A DNA stretch of 64,000 nt from Octopus vulgaris (Eukaryota). The notes beneath the pieces were generated by a model. The model was not told the DNA's origin. It did not search any database and saw only the letters and a list, made by a program, of their open reading frames with translations. The position numbers and the translations under genes are program-made. Shown here piece after piece: positions 11,574-26,085 of the stretch (positions are counted from its first letter, which is position 1; the number at the start of each line of letters is the position of its first letter). The DNA lies in the NCBI GenBank assembly GCA_951406725.2, contig OX597817.1, positions 164,982,001 to 165,046,000 of the forward strand. Reading direction: 5' to 3'.

Positions 11574-13949
11574 CTATTTTAAAGATGCTTAATATAAGTT
11601 TGCCGTTGTTATTCCCCAATTTGTTATTCCTCTCTTGTCTCAGATTTGTGCAGTAAAATCATTCACTGATAATATCTTTCCGAATCTTGAGGGGTTTAAC
11701 ACATTATAATGTGATAATCCAATTTTCTCTTTGTGTAAGAGTGTCATCAGCAGTTTACACCAATTGCTTACTCCCACTATCGACTTTGATCTTCATCACT
11801 CAACAATTTGTAACATGAGTACTAGCAACCCACTGTGGGTGTTGAATCACCTCTAACCCATTCCTTACAAAGCTGTAGCCGTGTCGTTTTTCAAAAACGT
11901 AACCATGATTAACACGGATGATGCGAACAAGAACTACATAAAAAATGTTTACGACTTCGGTTTAAGAAAATATTTACACTATTTTGGAAAAGTTTACGCA
12001 GAAATCATTCAAAATGTCAGCCTTGTAATCTCCTTCCCCCGAGTGGTGAACAAGGGTCTGGTGGTTTAAAGAAACCTGATCCTATGCCCCCTTTTTTAAC
12101 TGTATCTCTATAAAAAGGCGATTTATTTGAATCAACTCAAGATCAGGCATGTAAAAACAAACTGAAATTAAATATAGTTCTATCTCAATGTTCCTGACTA
12201 CACAACATGATTCCTTGAATATTAGACAACGCTGACGTCATAACGTTAACTAATATAACATTTTTTTTTACTAGACTGTATATAGAAAATATGTAAAAAT
12301 AACATTGGTATATTTTCACGAACAACATCGCCTGTCGCATTTGTTTCAAATGAGATGCATCATAGTAGATAATTTTACTTATTTTTCGGCAAAAAAAAAA
12401 TGATAATAATAATAATAAAAAGGGTTGTTCCATTTCTCGGGAGAAATTACTAACAACAACAACAATGACAACAGAAGCAAAAAATAACAGGGCTTGGAAA
12501 CAACAAAAGGCGATAATAGACTTTCAATGAATTTTGAAGCCGGAAATGTAAAAAAAAAAAAAACAACAACAAAACATTGTTATTGTACTGCCACGTTTCG
12601 AATGTCAGACACGCTTATATGTATGTTAAAGAAATCTTGAGAGTTCACAGATATAAAATAAATTTAACAAAAAGTTGCTTATTTACCCAGTGGGTTTTTT
12701 TTTACGGTGTTACTCGCACGTCGAAATAACATGAACTTATCTAAAAATTCGAATGACTTCTGTTAGAACTTCCTGTCTTTGGCACATCTCTAGAGAATCG
12801 AGTTAATTCATAAAAAGTCTACGAAAATAATACATGAAACAATGACCAAAAATTATGTGCATAACTGACAAGAGGCTTTTATTCGTATTTCGTCGGGTTT
12901 CTCTTTTTTTCGCTTAAATTTTTATCATTAAAATAAATAACCCTGCGAGAATCTTACGCAAATGTAATCTTTCATTACCAAAATGTACATAAGCTATAAC
13001 AAAGCCAATATAAACATACAAGAACCTTAAGGGAAATCACGATCGGCTTGGTGCTGTTTCTTTGCTTCTGTTTGTTTGTTTCTCTCTTATCAAGATTATG
13101 TTTCATCAAAGAAAATCATTCGTGTGTAACCCCCAACATGTAGTAGTGACAGCGTTAAAGTACACAAGATATAATAGACTCTACTTATGGGTTACTTCAT
13201 TGCATGCCTAGGTAATTTAATCATCTTGAGTCAACACAGGATATATCTATCTACATCTATATCTATTTATATGACAAATTGGTCGAAAGACATATTTATA
13301 GAAAAACACATGGAAACTGAATGGTGACTCATAGCGTTAAATTTAATGTAATTTTAAAACTAGAGCAAATTATTATTTAAAGTCATATATATTTTCCATT
13401 CATTTTCAGGCTATGTGGAGTTTTTAAAGAAAATAAACATAGTTACAGGAAAGGAAATATTGACAACGGTGATTTGATAAGCTTGATAAGAGCTAACGTA
13501 CGAAAACATCGGCCCTTGAATTACCCTATCGGATGTAGAGGATTCGTTGGACACTGTGTGAGGCGACTGTCGTCTTCTTCTTCTTCTTCTTCTTCTTCTT
13601 CTTCTTCTTCTTCTTCTTCTTCTTCTTCTTCTTCTTCTTCTTCTTCTTCTTCTTCTTCTTCTTCCAATCAGGACTCACGCCATTAGCCACAAAGAATAAT
13701 CTCTAATTCCAGACTGCTCTAAGCTACTAAGAATGCGTGTGGCAACTTGAAGAACCATCCACCACACGCGATAGACTGGCAGTTGCATGGGTGCCAAAGC
13801 TACGTTGTTATCCTCATTCCGTAAACTGTGGCTTTTAACGGGTGGAGAGCTGAACCATCCTGGGGTACAGAGATTCGCAATTTAGACCAGGGTCTGAAAG
13901 TTTACCACACCATAGTGGGTTGCACCATGGTTTCTTTGCTTTGTCGCAG

Positions 13950-14134
13950 AAGTATGAAGAAAGAGAAAGTTGTGGTGAAAGAGTACAGCAGGGTTCACCC
14001 CCCACTCGCCGGAGCTTCATGGAGCATAGGTGTTTTTGCTCAATAGATACTCACAATGCCCGGTCTGGGAATCGAAACCGCGTTCTTACGACCGCGAGTC
14101 CGATGCCCTAACCACTGGGCCATTGCGCCTCCAC
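13950..14134 (-). mobile_element. Family C SINE head/body
   Basis: Reverse complement of 15384-15570. Confidence 0.85.
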
Positions 14135-14431
14135 GGTGACTGTTGTCATCGTAAAGCAAACACCACCTTGAGTGGTATCAAAACTACAGTGGAAAAGGCA
14201 AGCTAGTGGCTCTGGTTAAAAAGAAACGATGAGCAATGATTAGAAGAATATTGAGCAAAATTTGATAACCAGTTGATCCTAATTTCAGTGATATGGGGTG
14301 CGCAATGCTGCTGTCGAGAGGTCGACCCTGAAACGGCATGCATTCTCTCCTGATGACCGCATACACTTGCTGGCATCCGGTATGCAGAGCCTTCAACTGG
14401 TAGGACTTGCATCTGCAAGTTTATTTGCAAA

Positions 14432-14961
<530 letters not shown>

Positions 14962-14979
14962 CTTATGTTTTTACTTCTA

Positions 14980-15900
14980 CTTTTTCTGTTTTGAATGACC
15001 AAGCAAAAGTTGATTTGTTTATTTAAATCAAAGCTTATATGCAATGCTTCAAAGAAAAGACCAAAATGTTTCTGTTTCCATATTTCAACACAACAGTTCA
15101 AATTCTTTCTGAAGAAGCATGGGTTATTTTTTTCTTTGTGACATTTTTTTGTCATAACACAAAGCACCGTTTTATAGAATAACTAACCGAGCATCAAAAA
15201 GTTTCTTCATTTTATGTCTAACGTTTGACACAATAAATATTTGAATGTGATATAACGCTGGTACTAAATTGTTCATCCCAGATTTCAATACGATCATTAA
15301 TGCGATCCTCATTTGGAGAAGTGTTTTTGTGCATTCGTGCAAAAGAATTAAACAATGGCCAATCACGCCATTCATGACGATGTGTGGAGGCGCAATGGCC
15401 CAGTGGTTAGGGCAGCGGACTCGCGGTCATAGGATCGCGATTTCGATTCCCAGACCGGGCGTTGTGAGTGTTTATTGAGCGAAAACACCTAAAAAAGCTC
15501 CACGAGGCTCCGGCAGGGGATGGTGGTTATCCCTGCTGTACTCTTTCACAACAACTTTCTCTCACTCTTACTTCCTGTTTCTGTTGTACCTGTATTTTCA
15601 AGGGGCCGGCCTTGTCACTCTCTGTGTCACGCTGAATATCCCCGAGAACTACGTTAAGGGTGCACGTGTCTGTGGTGTGCTCAGCCGCTTGCACGTTAAT
15701 TTCACGAGCAGGCTGTTCCGTTGATTCGGATCAACCGGAACCCTCGTCGTCGTAACCGACGGAGTGCTTCCATCATGACGATGTATTCCATCTCATTTCG
15801 CAATTTTTGATAAAAAGTATCCCGGTTATTATCTGGTAGAACAAATTCCACCGCATTAACCAGGCCGCATGATAAAAGGAAAATTCTCTCCACCACTACT
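14980..15900 (-). pseudogene. Mutator/MULE-like transposase C-terminal remnant, split by a SINE
   Basis: After removing SINE 15384-15772: EFVLPDNNRDTFYQKL and, in a shifted frame, PLF...EDRINDRIEIWDEQFSTSVISHSNIY, resembling MULE LAFLPPDDV..AF..L / PLF...RTNN.VEGWH.F...V..HPNI. Confidence 0.45.
15384..15772 (+). mobile_element. SINE family C (head GTGGAGGCGCAATGGCCCAGTGG), full length, 12-bp TSD
   Basis: TCATGACGATGT at 15372-15383 and 15773-15784; A and B boxes visible. Confidence 0.9.
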
Positions 15901-15924
15901 TAAGAATTCTCTATGATTTATCTT

Positions 15925-16157
15925 TTAACTTTTACCTGTTTCAGTAGTTGGACTATGGCCATACTGGGGCACCACCTTCAAGGGTTTGATTGAGCAAATC
16001 AACCCCAGTACTTATTTTTTAATAAAGTTATAAAGCCGGCTACTTATTCTAAATGATCCTTTTGCCGAAACACTAAGTTACGAGTATGTAAACAAACCAA
16101 CACTGGTTGTCAAGTGGAAGCGGGACAAACACAGTCACAAAGGCACACACACGCACG

Positions 16158-16219
<62 letters not shown>

Positions 16220-16900
16220 TTGCTTACCAACCGCATGGTTCCGGGTTCAGTCCCACTACGTGGAACCTTGGGCAAGTGTCTTCTACTATAGCCGCAGGCC
16301 AGCCAAAGCCTTGTGAGTAGATTTGGTAGACGGAAGCTGCAAGAAGTCCGTCGTATATATATATGTATGTATATGTTTACCTGTCTGCGTTTGTCCCCCC
16401 AACATCGGTCGACAACCGATGGTGGTGTGTTTACGTCCCCGTAACTTAGCGGTTCGGTTCAATATAGTGCTAATCAATGTGTTTTCAACGAATATTTCTA
16501 CACTAGGGTATGAATATTACTCTTTTACTTGTTTCAGTCATTTGACTGTGGCCATGCTGGAGCACCGCCTTTTTAATCGAGAAAATCGATCCCAGGACTT
16601 ATTCTTTGTAAGCCTAGTACTTATTCGGTATCTTTTGCCGAACCGCTAAGTTACGGGGACGTAAACACCCCAGCATCGGTTGTCAAGCGATGTTGGGGGG
16701 GGGGGACGAACACAGACACACAAACACACACACATATATATATACATATATACGACGGGCTTCTTTCAGTTTCCGTCTACCAAATCCACTCATAAGACTT
16801 TGGTCGGTCCGAGGCTATAGTAGAAGACACTTACTCAAGGTGCCACGCAGTGGGACTGAACCCGGAACCATGTGGTTGGTAAACAAGCTACTTCCCACAC
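15925..16900. mobile_element. Cluster of three family A SINE copies/fragments (-, +, -)
   Basis: 15925-16140 minus tail half; 16218-16457 plus; 16518-16900 minus; all similar to 27547-27988. Confidence 0.85.
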
Positions 16901-17041
16901 ATTGCATACATGCACAAAAACACCCCCACAACACACACACACACACACACACACAAGCATGCACATATATACAAATGCATAGTCATGCACACACATACAC
17001 ACGCCCTCTCTCTCTCTCTCTCTCTTTCTCTCACACACACA

Positions 17042-17083
<42 letters not shown>

Positions 17084-17199
17084 TACACTCATATATTGAT
17101 AGATATTTTAGTTCAGCAGTAGCAAAATCCCTCTTTTATTATCAACCCAACTATTGACCCTATCAGTACTGCCATAATGAAACAACCATCACCACCACC

Positions 17200-17329
<130 letters not shown>

Positions 17330-17384
17330 GATTTGGAAAAGGCAACCGAAGAAATTCTGACAAGCAACGGATAAATATTTATCC

Positions 17385-17484
17385 NNNNNNNNNNNNNNNN
17401 NNNNNNNNNNNNNNNNNNNNNNNNNNNNNNNNNNNNNNNNNNNNNNNNNNNNNNNNNNNNNNNNNNNNNNNNNNNNNNNNNNNN
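17385..17484. other. Assembly gap (100 N)
   Basis: Run of N; true size and orientation across it are unknown. Confidence 1.
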
Positions 17485-17892
17485 TTGTGACACGCGGAAG
17501 ATGAATGAATATATTTTATGTGTGTGTGTGTTACGTGGATTAAAAGCAAACTTATGCCTGTTGCTGTTGTGGCTGTTGTTGTTGTTGTTGTGGTGAGAGT
17601 CAGTCATTGTCATTTTGTCCGAGGTGACCTCAACGGAACGTACACGTGATCAAAACTACTTAAGTATTACTATCCAGTAAATTTGCTTAAGGCATTGTGT
17701 ATCTAGGATTAGAATTATTCAATGTGGCATTATTATGGCATGGCAATATAGGGTATAATTTAATGGGAATTTGCTGCTATTGAGAATTCGCTGCTATTAC
17801 TAGCCAGACAGACAACCACATATGGTCAAATATATATATATGTCTCCTGAAGATATGACGTGTACAGAGGCTTGCCGTTTTGACATTACCCT

Positions 17893-18095
17893 TTTACTCT
17901 TTGACTTGTTTCAGTCATTTGACTGTGGCCATGCTGGAGCACCGCCTTTAGTCGAGCAAATCGACCGCGGGATTTATTCTTTGTAAGCCTAGTAGTTATT
18001 CTGTCGGTCTCTTTTGCCGAACATCTAATTGATGGGGACATAAACACACCAGCATCGGTTGTCAAGCAATGCTAGTGGGACAAACAGACACACAA

Positions 18096-18184
<89 letters not shown>

Positions 18185-18335
18185 TATGAGGGGCTTCTTT
18201 CAGTTTCCGTCGACCAAATCCACTCACAAGGGTTAGGTCGGCCCGAGGCTATAGTAGAAGACCCTTGCCCAAGGTGCCACGCAGTGGGACTGAACTCGGA
18301 ACCATGTGGGGGGTGGGACAAACACAGACACACAA

Positions 18336-18366
<31 letters not shown>

Positions 18367-18540
18367 CATATACATATATACGATGGGCTTCTTTCAGTTT
18401 CTGTCTACCAAATCCACTCACAAGGCTTCGGTCGGCCCGAGGCTATAGTAGAAGACACTTACTCAAGGTGCCACGAAGTGGGACTGAACCCAAAACCATG
18501 TGGTTGGTAAGCAAGCTACTTACCACACAGCCACTCCTAT
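17893..18540 (-). mobile_element. Family A SINE with its 5' half present twice
   Basis: The block GGGACAAACA...GGAACCATGTGG occurs twice in tandem (about 18077-18310 and 18315-18503). Confidence 0.85.
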
Positions 18541-18960
18541 TCATGGCTTGCCTATATATTTCTGTATATGTATGTAGCTATGTGCATGTCTCTGTATGTT
18601 TAGTGTATATATGTATATTATAGATGGTTTGGTGTGCGTGTATATACTGCTATATGTATATGTAATTTAGCGTGAAAATTTTTTTTAAACGAATATAACT
18701 TTTGATGTATTAATTGATTAAAATTTTACAGTTAATTATTCACCCTGGGTATTTATGCCCCGTCCTTCATTATAAGCTGTTTTTGATTTAAGGCTTTCTT
18801 CGATTTTTTATAAGATGATTTTATACCGAAACTTGTTATTGCATGTGACCGGTCACTGAAAAGACCGTTAGTTGAAAGGACCGTGACAAAACCATTTTCA
18901 AATTTGTATCTGTTGTATATTTTTGCTTATAACCTTATTTTTATGTTCCATTCTAAACAA

Positions 18961-19085
18961 AACTACCCGATGAACGGGAACATGAAACTCTGAGTAAACG
19001 TTTTTGTGATATTTTTCCTGCTTTTTAATAACCAATATTACTCTACCTCTGGTATTCGAATAGTATTTTTTCCGCCTTGTTTCGC
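18961..19085 (+). mobile_element. Solo copy of the 20.4-kb hammerhead family, ending at (TA)n
   Basis: CCGATGA-ACG(GGAA)CAT-GAAAC-TCTGA-GTA at 18967-18996; downstream sequence is the reverse complement of 20342-20440. Confidence 0.65.
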
Positions 19086-19102
19086 ATTTATGTGCTTACT
19101 CT

Positions 19103-19182
<80 letters not shown>

Positions 19183-19213
19183 CATACTAACACACACATA
19201 TATCTATGTCTAT

Positions 19214-19290
<77 letters not shown>

Positions 19291-19299
19291 TTAATAATA

Positions 19300-19561
19300 A
19301 AATATTAGGGAATAAATCCAAACTTACAGGGAAAAATTAGATTTAGGATTAAATCCAATTTTATAGTAAAATATAATATATTATATTAAATTAGAAATAA
19401 AACCACTATTAGGCAAATCAAACTATAAAAGATAATTATCTTTTATTAAACTTTTAATACTTTTGATATATATTTAAAATAATATAAATTAATTAATTTT
19501 ATGTATTGGCTTATGTTTTTCATTGTTTGATTTGCCTAATAGTGGTTTTATCTCTAATTTA

Positions 19562-19570
<9 letters not shown>
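19300..19570. repeat. Fold-back element of the same family
   Basis: About 46-bp arms 19378-19423 / 19525-19570; 19303-19335 is the reverse complement of the 49560-49595 and 56570 extension. Confidence 0.75.
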
Positions 19571-19611
<41 letters not shown>

Positions 19612-19626
19612 CACACACATAGATAA

Positions 19627-19841
19627 TGAGGTGGTGCTAGAAAGTTCCTGGCTTTGGATAAAAGAAAATACAGGAGGATCAGTTAATTATGATTATATTC
19701 AGCATATTTCCCTCTCCGATTAACACACTTCTTGCAGCGGTCCTTTAGTTTTTCTAAGCTCTGGAAAAAACTCGAAAGTTTGGGCCTCCAACTAAGCCTT
19801 TCGCGACACCCTTAAAGCCAGTAACTTTTCGACACTCCTTC

Positions 19842-19842
<1 letters not shown>
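19627..19842. mobile_element. Mariner-type MITE with degenerate TIRs
   Basis: TGAGGTGGTGCTAGAAAGTTCCTGGCTTT ... AAAGCCAGTAACTTTTCGACACTCCTTCA|TA. Confidence 0.65.
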
Positions 19843-19919
<77 letters not shown>

Positions 19920-19935
19920 TATATATATACACATA

Positions 19936-20025
19936 GGCGCAGGAGTGGCTGTGTGGTAAGTAGCTTGCTTACCAACCAAAGTCTTGTGAGTGGATTTGGT
20001 AGACGGAAACTGAAAGAAGCCTGTC

Positions 20026-20084
<59 letters not shown>

Positions 20085-20305
20085 TGTATGTATGTATGTG
20101 TGTATCTGTGTTTGTCCCCCTAGCATTGTTTGACAGCCGATGCTGGTGTGTTTATGTCCCCGTCAGTTAGCGGTTCGGCAAAAGAGACCGATAGCATAAG
20201 TACTAGGCTTACAAAGACTAAGTCCCGGGGTCGATTTTCTCCACTAAAGGCGGTGCTCCAGCATGGCCGCAGTTAAATGACTGAAACAAGTAAAAGAGTA
20301 AAGAG
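19936..20305 (+). mobile_element. Family A SINE, internally deleted head
   Basis: The head jumps from ACCAACCA to AAGTCTTGTGAGTGG; tail intact. Confidence 0.85.
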
Positions 20306-20450
20306 TATACATATATGTATATATATATATATATATATATACCGGAGGGAGTAAACACATAAATGTGAAACAAGGTGGAAAAAAAGAGTACTCAAATACC
20401 AGTGGTAGAGTAATATGCTTTATTTAAAGCAGCAGAAAATTCAACAAAAC

Positions 20451-20488
20451 CTTTTACTCTGAGTTTCACATTGCCGTTCGTCAGACAG
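20451..20488 (-). ncRNA. Minimal type-I hammerhead ribozyme, canonical core
   Basis: CTGT-CTGACGA-ACG(GCAA)TGT-GAAAC-TCAGA-GTA-AAAG: CUGANGA, GNRA-capped stem II, GAAA, stem III ACTC/GAGT, GUA triplet; one stem I mismatch. Confidence 0.7.
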
Positions 20489-20504
20489 TTTATGCTAGCT
20501 AAAA

Positions 20505-20542
20505 CTGTCCGACGAACGGCAACGTGAAACTCAGAGTAACAG
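20505..20542 (+). ncRNA. Minimal type-I hammerhead ribozyme (U4C core)
   Basis: CTGT-CCGACGA-ACG(GCAA)CGT-GAAAC-TCAGA-GTA-ACAG; perfect stems I, II and III. Confidence 0.65.
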
Positions 20543-21014
20543 GTTTTGTTGAATTTTCTACTGCTTTAAATAAAGTATATATATATATATATACATAGAT
20601 GCACATATGTATATACACACAAAGATGCATATACATACACACATAGGCGTATATAAATATGCATGTTTGTCTCATCAGCCGTTGATCTGCTAACGTCCTC
20701 TAACTGAGAAAATAACATAATATGAATATAGACAACGACAATTAAAGAAAAATTAAATAAATACGTAAATACACACGCGTGTTAGCATTGTTTTATGAGC
20801 ATATATATTCGTATAATATATATGTGAGTGTGTGTATATATATACACATGCATGCATGTATATACAACCAGAAACTCGTATATGCGCCTGCAGACATACA
20901 CACATGTTGAGGTAGATTATATTCACCACTGTGGCGTTTTGTTTTCTTCGTTATTGTGTTCCATATACCCCACAGTACGCCAGCCTGTCTTCAATTATTG
21001 CTCGATTTTATCGC

Positions 21015-21090
<76 letters not shown>

Positions 21091-21153
21091 GTATATATAT
21101 GTATATACATACATACATACATAAATACATACATATATATACACACACATGTT

Positions 21154-21185
<32 letters not shown>

Positions 21186-21296
21186 TATACATACACACAC
21201 GTATGTATATATAAAATATGTGTGTATGTGTGTTTAAATTTATACATGCAAATACACAAATGTGTTTATTCATATGTATTAACATATATGTGTGTG

Positions 21297-21415
<119 letters not shown>

Positions 21416-22035
21416 TTCTGTATAAGTATATATACAATATATATGTATGAACATATATGTGTATGTATCTATATAAATAAATTTGTGTATGTGTGTATTT
21501 GTATGTATACTCAAACGTACACTGTTGTATGCATAGTACACACACACACACACACACACACACGCGCTGACAAATATTTACACACATTTGCCTACGTTTA
21601 CGTATTTGAATCTGTATTTCCTAAAGTGCGCTTATACGTGTATGTGTGTATGTGTGTGTGCACACGTGTGTGTACGTATGTATGTATGTATGTATGTGTG
21701 CGCGTGCATGCGTGTGTATATGTGTGAGTGCGTGCATGCTTGCGCCTATCAGCCCCACTTCATTCAGATCCTACCCAAACGAGAATATCATTCGGGGTGG
21801 GTTTATGCTTCACTACCCCTTATGTTAAACACCGGTGGAATTCATTGCGAGCCATCAGTTTCAATATAGTCATTTGTCTACACACTATCACCACTACCGC
21901 CTTTACTACAACGGCCACCCTTACCACCACGAACACCACCCGTCAGTGCTACCACATTAGCTACATAACCGCTATGACTGCCATAACACAGAATTTTATT
22001 ATAATAATACTACGATATATATATATATATATATG

Positions 22036-22148
<113 letters not shown>

Positions 22149-22175
22149 ACACACACACACACACACATATGTATA

Positions 22176-22295
<120 letters not shown>

Positions 22296-22555
22296 CGGGT
22301 GCGTGTATTGTCATCATCCATATAATCATCACTATTCATATCATGATTATCACCGCCTCCATCACCATCATCATTTCTAAATCTCTAAATCCACGAGCAA
22401 ACATTTTCACCGTTATCATCGTTATCATCGTCATCATCTCCGCTGCTACCACCACCATTACTTCTGCCACTGCCGCCGCTGCCGTCAACTTCTCTCTAAC
22501 CAATCTTACCGATAGGAGCAACAGAGTAATCCTTAGCATCCATATTTCCACGCAC

Positions 22556-22597
<42 letters not shown>

Positions 22598-22799
22598 ACA
22601 CACACAGGTGCGTGCGCGCAAACACACATGTGCGCGCGCATCGAGATTGCTGCTTTGTTCTGTATGAGAGAAGAAAATAAAGATGTGAGAGAAAAAGAGA
22701 GAAAGAATGAGAGTGAGAGAGAGAGAGAGAAAATGTGTGTGTGTGTGTGAAAGTGAGTGAGTGAGAGAGAGAGAGAGAGAGAGACAGAGAGGGAGAGAG

Positions 22800-22849
<50 letters not shown>

Positions 22850-22953
22850 GGAACAGGGTGCAGGTACATACTGAGAGCGGTGTGGTTAAAAAGTGAGAGA
22901 GAAAATTGGATACAAAACAAGAGAGAGAGAGAGAGAAAGAGAGAAAGAGAGAA

Positions 22954-23000
<47 letters not shown>

Positions 23001-23004
<4 letters not shown>

Positions 23005-23123
23005 AAAAGAGAGAGGGAAAGAAAGACAGGCAGAGAAGCTTCATAAAATAGAAGTTAAGAAAGTGGAGGAGACAGAAAGAAACAGACGAAGAAAAGTGTA
23101 CAAAGCGAGAGAAAATGGAAAAT

Positions 23124-23180
<57 letters not shown>

Positions 23181-23294
23181 AGAGAGGGAAAGAAAGACAG
23201 GCAGAGAAGCTTCATAAAATAGAAGTTAAGAAAGTGGAGGAGACAGAAAGAAACAGACGAAGAAAAGTGTACGAAGCGAGAGAAAATGGAAAAT

Positions 23295-23330
<36 letters not shown>
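23001..23330 (+). repeat. Direct duplication of an about 130-bp purine-rich block between (GA)n tracts
   Basis: GAAAGACAGGCAGAGAAGCTTC...GGAAAATGGG at about 23021 and 23192, one visible substitution. Confidence 0.9.
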
Positions 23331-23332
<2 letters not shown>

Positions 23333-23617
23333 TAAACAGAGAGTGAAGGTGGGTATAGGAGTCTGTGGTAAAAATAATAGGAAAGTACCATAAAGAATTA
23401 GTTGTTTCGGTAGAGCAAGTATAATGGGTTTTAAGTCAGACTTCATCTCATCAATAGCTTTGTATTTTTTTTTCTCTGTATACAAATTTAACCAACAAAT
23501 ATTAACACACACACACATACATCGACACACGCATACATCTACACATGCATATATACACACACACACACACGCTCTTCAACGCACATACATAGGTATTTAT
23601 ATATATGTATATTTACA

Positions 23618-23663
<46 letters not shown>

Positions 23664-23764
23664 TGTGTGTGTGTGTGTGTCTGTGTATGTCGGTGTGTGT
23701 CTGTGTCTGTGTGTATGTGTGTATGTATATTTATCTATCTGTCTGTCTGTCTATCAATCAGTCA

Positions 23765-23844
<80 letters not shown>

Positions 23845-24204
23845 GTGTGTGTGTGCATGTATACGTATATGTGTATGTGTGTTGCGTGTAAAGCATGATA
23901 TACTAAAAAGTTAGGGAAAGAAGAGTACAAAGTCAATCTATTGCGCTATAAAGAAAAGGAACAAAAATTGACGCTTCGGTGAATTGAACTTTGTCAAAAT
24001 AAGAATATCAGTAGGGTGGGGAAAATGTCTTTAAGGCAGAGTCATTACAGATGAAGCCATCGATTAGTTGCTGGTTTCATTTTAACTAACACCTTCATTC
24101 TCCCTTGATGAAAAACCGAACATCGGTTTCGTTCCCTTTCGTAAAGGGATATATTGATATCATTTCTCTTTCTGATATTTACTTGTGTTTTGTCTTTTAC
24201 CTTT

Positions 24205-24625
24205 GTAATCGACTTAATCTGTTTGTCTGTTCTTGTTTGTCCCCTCTATGTTTAGCCCCTTGTGGGTAGTAAAGAAACAGGTATTTCGTCTGCCGCTACG
24301 TTCTGAGTTCAAATTCCGCCGAGGTCGATTTGCCTTTCATCCTTTCGGGGTCGATTAAATAAATACCAGTTACGCACTGGGGTCGATATAATCGATTTAA
24401 TCCGTTTGTCTGTCTTTGTTTGTCCTCTCTGAGTTTAGCCTGTTGTGGGTAGTAAAGAAATAGGTATTTCATCCGTCTTTACGTTCAAATTCCACCGGGA
24501 TCGACTTCGCCTTTCATCCTTTCAGAGCCGATAATATTAATACTCGTTGAACACTGAGGTCGAAGTAATTGAATTACTCGCTCCCACGAAATTACTGGCA
24601 TTGTGCCATGATTTGAAACTAATAT
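24205..24625 (+). mobile_element. Family D SINE multimer
   Basis: Junctions at 24279/80 and 24462/63; the last unit has the alternative tail. Confidence 0.85.
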
Positions 24626-25385
24626 GAAAATAGCGCTAGCATTGCTTTTAAGTTTATGAAAAACATTGCAAACCTAATTAAAGATAACGGGTAAATTTTA
24701 AGGTAGGTACGCCATTTGAAGATGGTAGAGCGTGAGGTTGAGGAAGATTTGACAGCAATTCGTTGCGGGTCAAGCGACCATGGTGAACTTCTTGTTGATT
24801 AGCTTCACACTTGTCCATATTGATCAAATATCTGTGATCAAAGGAATTGATTCTTGACCTGCTCATCTTATTTTTTCCCCTATACAATAATATATGCATT
24901 CTATCGAGTGTGATTTCATAGATTTAGCTGATATTTTACGTCGTACGACCTCGTTGAAGCAGTTTTTCTATAAAATAGCTACACCTTTTTTGGCAAATAG
25001 TAGCAGGTGTAAGAGCAGCATTGTAAATTGATGACTGTTTCTTTGTCATCTTGAGTTAAAAATCAACTTTCCCCAACAGGAAAAAACTCCTGAACAAAAC
25101 AGATATCATACCTAAATCGATTTGGGTATCACCGGTTGAACGTCATAAAAAGAAAAAGAAGATAAATAGCGTACACTGGGAGATGCGTAAGTTTTTGAAG
25201 GCACCACAACTTCAAGATTCATGACTACTCGTTTATGCGGAGGCTCATGGCTTAATGGTTAGAGCAAAATAATTGCCAGTTGAGTACTCAGGTTGATGTG
25301 ATCATAGACGTAATAAATGCATGTGCACGTGCGCGTGTGGTTCATTGTGAATGTGCGTATTTATATTTACACATATCATATATAT

Positions 25386-25637
25386 ATTTCTTTATTGCCC
25401 ACAAGGGGCTAAACATAGAGGGGACAAACAAGGATAGACAAAGGGATCAAGTCGCTTACATCGACCCCAGTGCGCAACTGGTACTTAATTTATCGACCCC
25501 GAAAGGATGCAAGGACCCCGAAAGGATGCAAGGCAAAGTCGACCTCGGCGGAATTTGAACTCACAACGTAACGACAGATGAAGTACGGCTACGCATTTCG
25601 CCCGGCGTGCTAACGTTTCTGCCAGCTCGCCGCCTTC
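25386..25637 (-). mobile_element. Family D SINE monomer with internal 19-bp duplication
   Basis: GACCCCGAAAGGATGCAAG twice at about 25495-25532. Confidence 0.85.
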
Positions 25638-25867
25638 ACATATCATATATATCCGTACGTATATGTACGCGCGCATGTAAGTTTTGGTGCAAACACACAC
25701 ATACGGACACACATTAGTTCTTCATCGATACATAAAAAGCTGACATAATTTCGTACAGAACTTTTAATACACCTACACTCCAATGTATGAGTATAAGTGG
25801 TTACTTGCTTAGAATATATACGTATGAACGTTTAATATATATATATATTTATATATATATATATATA

Positions 25868-26085
25868 AAGGGAAAGTTTACGAAAATAAACAAAAGACGA
25901 AGACAGGTGGAGTACAAACAAACAAATGTATTAGTATAGCGCTCAGGAATAGAAAAAGTCTTTTACGTTTCGAGCCTACGCTCTTCGACAGAAAGATACA
26001 CAGAAAAAAACAAGGAGAGCAACAAGGAGAGAAAAAAATGCGTGTAGGAGCTAACGATCTATCATGGCGTCCTGACTTCGGACAG
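25868..26085 (-). mobile_element. Second copy of the 6.2-kb hammerhead-like element (motif 25959-25996)
   Basis: Near-identical to 6168-6352; 3' end flush with (TA)n. Confidence 0.65.

Larger units (their letters stand above)
20342..20580. mobile_element. Fold-back Penelope/retrozyme-like element with two divergent hammerhead motifs
   Basis: About 79-bp inverted arms 20413-20491 / 20502-20580, each with a hammerhead fold; flanked by (TA)n; homologous to 18961-19085. Confidence 0.7.

Noticed and set aside
15384-15460. tRNA genes at SINE heads (also 33051, 31328, 44709)
   Set aside because: A/B boxes run into multi-copy SINE bodies with TSDs; no complete cloverleaf or terminator.
22757-23335. 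ORF with a repeated charged helical motif
   Set aside because: Product of (GA)n tracts and a local duplication; no splice or start evidence.
24680-25230. Unique-looking stretch with short open frames
   Set aside because: No recognisable protein motif or paired splice sites.
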